A DNA stretch of 63,699 bases, the filler included, from Octopus bimaculoides (Eukaryota): the NCBI RefSeq assembly GCF_001194135.2. It is 5 parts of 5 records of this genome, joined end to end, with 100 filler letters (N's around TTAATTAATTAA, not from the genome) between each part and the next. Parts side by side here need not be neighbours in the genome. Positions count along the whole stretch, not along the records: positions 45,893 to 63,699 come from NC_068987.1; 4 more parts are not named here. The stretch is one strand, 5' to 3'. The stretch's first letter is position 1; the number at the start of each line of letters is the position of its first letter. The notes beneath the pieces were generated by a model, which was not told where the DNA came from, searched no databases, and saw nothing but the letters and a program-made list of their open reading frames with translations. The position numbers were made by a program, and so were the translations under genes. Of this stretch, positions 61,853-63,699 are shown in pieces.

Positions 61853-62790
61853 TGGTCTGCACGAGGTATTTCAGGACGTATTTGTTAATTTAATGAAAAC
61901 AACTCTAATCTAGAAAAAAAAAACAAATGTATCTTAATAAAGAAAAAAAAACAATTGTCACCTATTCACGATAAGCTTTCTTATAAGATTATTCTATGAA
62001 TCCACCTTCAGCATCGATGACTGGTTCAATACGGGACCGGAATCTTTAATGTGCCAGCACTAAATGGTCCTTATGCATTTCGAACATTATCTGGGCAACA
62101 GCGTCCTCCAGTGAAGTTATGGTACTGTGAGGATGTCCATTAGTCTTCCATTCAACTACGCTCCAAATGTAGTAATCCGCTGGATTTAAATCTGATGAAA
62201 TTGAAGGCCACAAGTTTGGTGTTACACGGTCGTAAAGATTGACTGACATACATTTTGAGGTTACGGGGGTTTTGCGAGCAGATGCTGAGTTCTGTTGAAA
62301 CACTTATGGTCTTCCGCGTTGTACTTCGTCCAACCAGAGCTCAACAGCTGTTTCCAGCGCATCAACGTATCCAGCAGCATAAATTCTTAGACTCAGTGGA
62401 ACGATGTGCGGTGGAATAACACGACCTTCGTTAGTCACCACTTCTAAAACTACCACATTTGTCGGAAACTTAAGCTGCGTCACTCTGGGAGCATCAGAAG
62501 GATCGCACATAACCATATGTTATTTCTCCTGTTGGACTTTAGGACTTCATCGAAGTTTTTTGTCATCAAAGAAGAACCAAAGCATGCCATGTTCGTGAGG
62601 GTTTTTAACCTTGTTAAATAACCGTTTGGAATAGTTCAAACGGTTTGTTTTCTTGTCTTTGCAAACATGAATTAGCCTCTCTTCAGCACATACGAACTTT
62701 ATTGAATGTCCTCGTACACCACAGTTCTGATAGACCGCTCCGGTATTTAAAGTTCTTTGGCGAGGGCCCTCACTGATTTTCTGGGCGCTT
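61853..62790 (-). mobile_element. maT (DD37D-type) transposase relic, a different subfamily
   Basis: MLWFFFDDKK...TQLKFPTNVVVLEVVTNEGRVIPPH...GRP.VFQQNSA...WPSISSDLNPADYYIW...RFRSRIEPVIDAEGGFIE*. Confidence 0.85.
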
Positions 62791-62799
62791 ATATATCTA

Positions 62800-62945
62800 T
62801 AGGCACTGGTGTGTAGGCGTAGCTGTGTGGAAAGAAGTTTGCTTCCCAATCACATGGTTACAGGTTTCGTTCTACTGCGTGGCACCTTGAGCAAGTGTTT
62901 TCTACTATAGCGTCGGAAACTGAAAGCAGCCAGTGGTGTATGTAT

Positions 62946-62989
<44 letters not shown>

Positions 62990-63150
62990 CTGTGCATGTG
63001 TCTGCTCCTCCACTACCACCGCTTGACAACCGGTGTTGGTGTGTTTACGTCTCTATAACTTAGCGATTCTGCAAAATGAAAATCGAGAGAAAAAATACCA
63101 AGCTTACAGAAAATAAATACTGGGGCCGATTCATTCGACTAAAAATTCTT
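62800..63150 (+). mobile_element. SINE family C with an internal (TG)n
   Basis: ctgtgtggaaagaagtttgcttcccaatcacatgg...caccgcttgacaaccggtgttgg...ccccagcatggccgcagtc. Confidence 0.85.
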
Positions 63151-63557
63151 CGAGGCAGTGCCCCAGCATGGCCGCAGTCTAACGACTGAAACAACTAAAA
63201 GATAAAAGCTTATATACATACATATATATATATCTATCTATCTATCTATCTCTATATATATATATATATATATATCAAATGCCTTACTTCGCATAATACT
63301 ATCGGAATGCCACACAACTGCGATATTCGTCTTCAGAAATATATGTTGTATAGTTAAAAAAGCACAGAAGTATCAATAGCAGGCGGAAAATGTGCAGCAG
63401 CGTCGGTGAATTTTGCTAGATCACGTGATTTCCATGTCATCCAACAGCAAGTATCACCATACACCTAGACAAATTCGCCCTCAAGTGATATATAGAGAAA
63501 CGGTGATTAACCAGTCACTGGTGTCTCAAATAGCTGGCGGGCTGAGTAAATATTCGT

Positions 63558-63619
63558 TATTAACAACGGGAAATATACAGAATTGCTGAAAAGCAATCTG
63601 TATATCTCCGGTATTAATA
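63558..63619. other. Imperfect ~62-nt hairpin
   Basis: tattaa caa cgggaa atatacag a attgc / tgaaaa / gcaat ctgtatat ctccg gta ttaata. Confidence 0.25.
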
Positions 63620-63699
63620 CTGCTTTTATTGCTAATAATCAGTATTCGCCATGTTAGACAACTGAACTCAACACGCTTTTTTTTTTTTTTTTTTTTTTT

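Noticed and set aside
1-63699. Prokaryote-type systems (CRISPR, operons, defence islands) or a novel multi-gene system
   Set aside because: No repeat-spacer array and no intact non-TE ORF were found; all recognisable coding sequence belongs to known eukaryotic transposon classes.

Overview
AT-rich, gappy eukaryotic DNA made almost entirely of transposable elements and microsatellites. The repeat families and the (AT)n/(AC)n/(AAT)n load look like an octopus (coleoid cephalopod) draft assembly; this is inferred from recognition, not from a search. I could not support any host protein-coding gene, true tRNA, rRNA or CRISPR array. Contents: (1) dozens of tRNA-headed SINEs from four families (here called A-D); (2) a same-strand stack of R4/Dong-type RLE-LINE fragments at 22.7-31.1 kb, most of them abutting (AAT)n; (3) several L1/Tx1-clade pieces at 33.6-38.9 kb, plus one at 6.3-7.2 kb; (4) a decayed Penelope-like RT + GIY-YIG element at 40.7-45.7 kb with inverted and tandem partial repeats; (5) mariner (DD34D-type) and maT (DD37D-type) relics and several MITEs, one nested in a hAT MITE; (6) two hammerhead-ribozyme-like motifs and two miRNA-sized hairpins. 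Four identical 44N-TTAATTAATTAA-44N blocks are artificial joins, so adjacency across them is unproven. Most long ORFs in the supplied track are gap or microsatellite artefacts. SINE boundaries are approximate (+/-10-20 bp).
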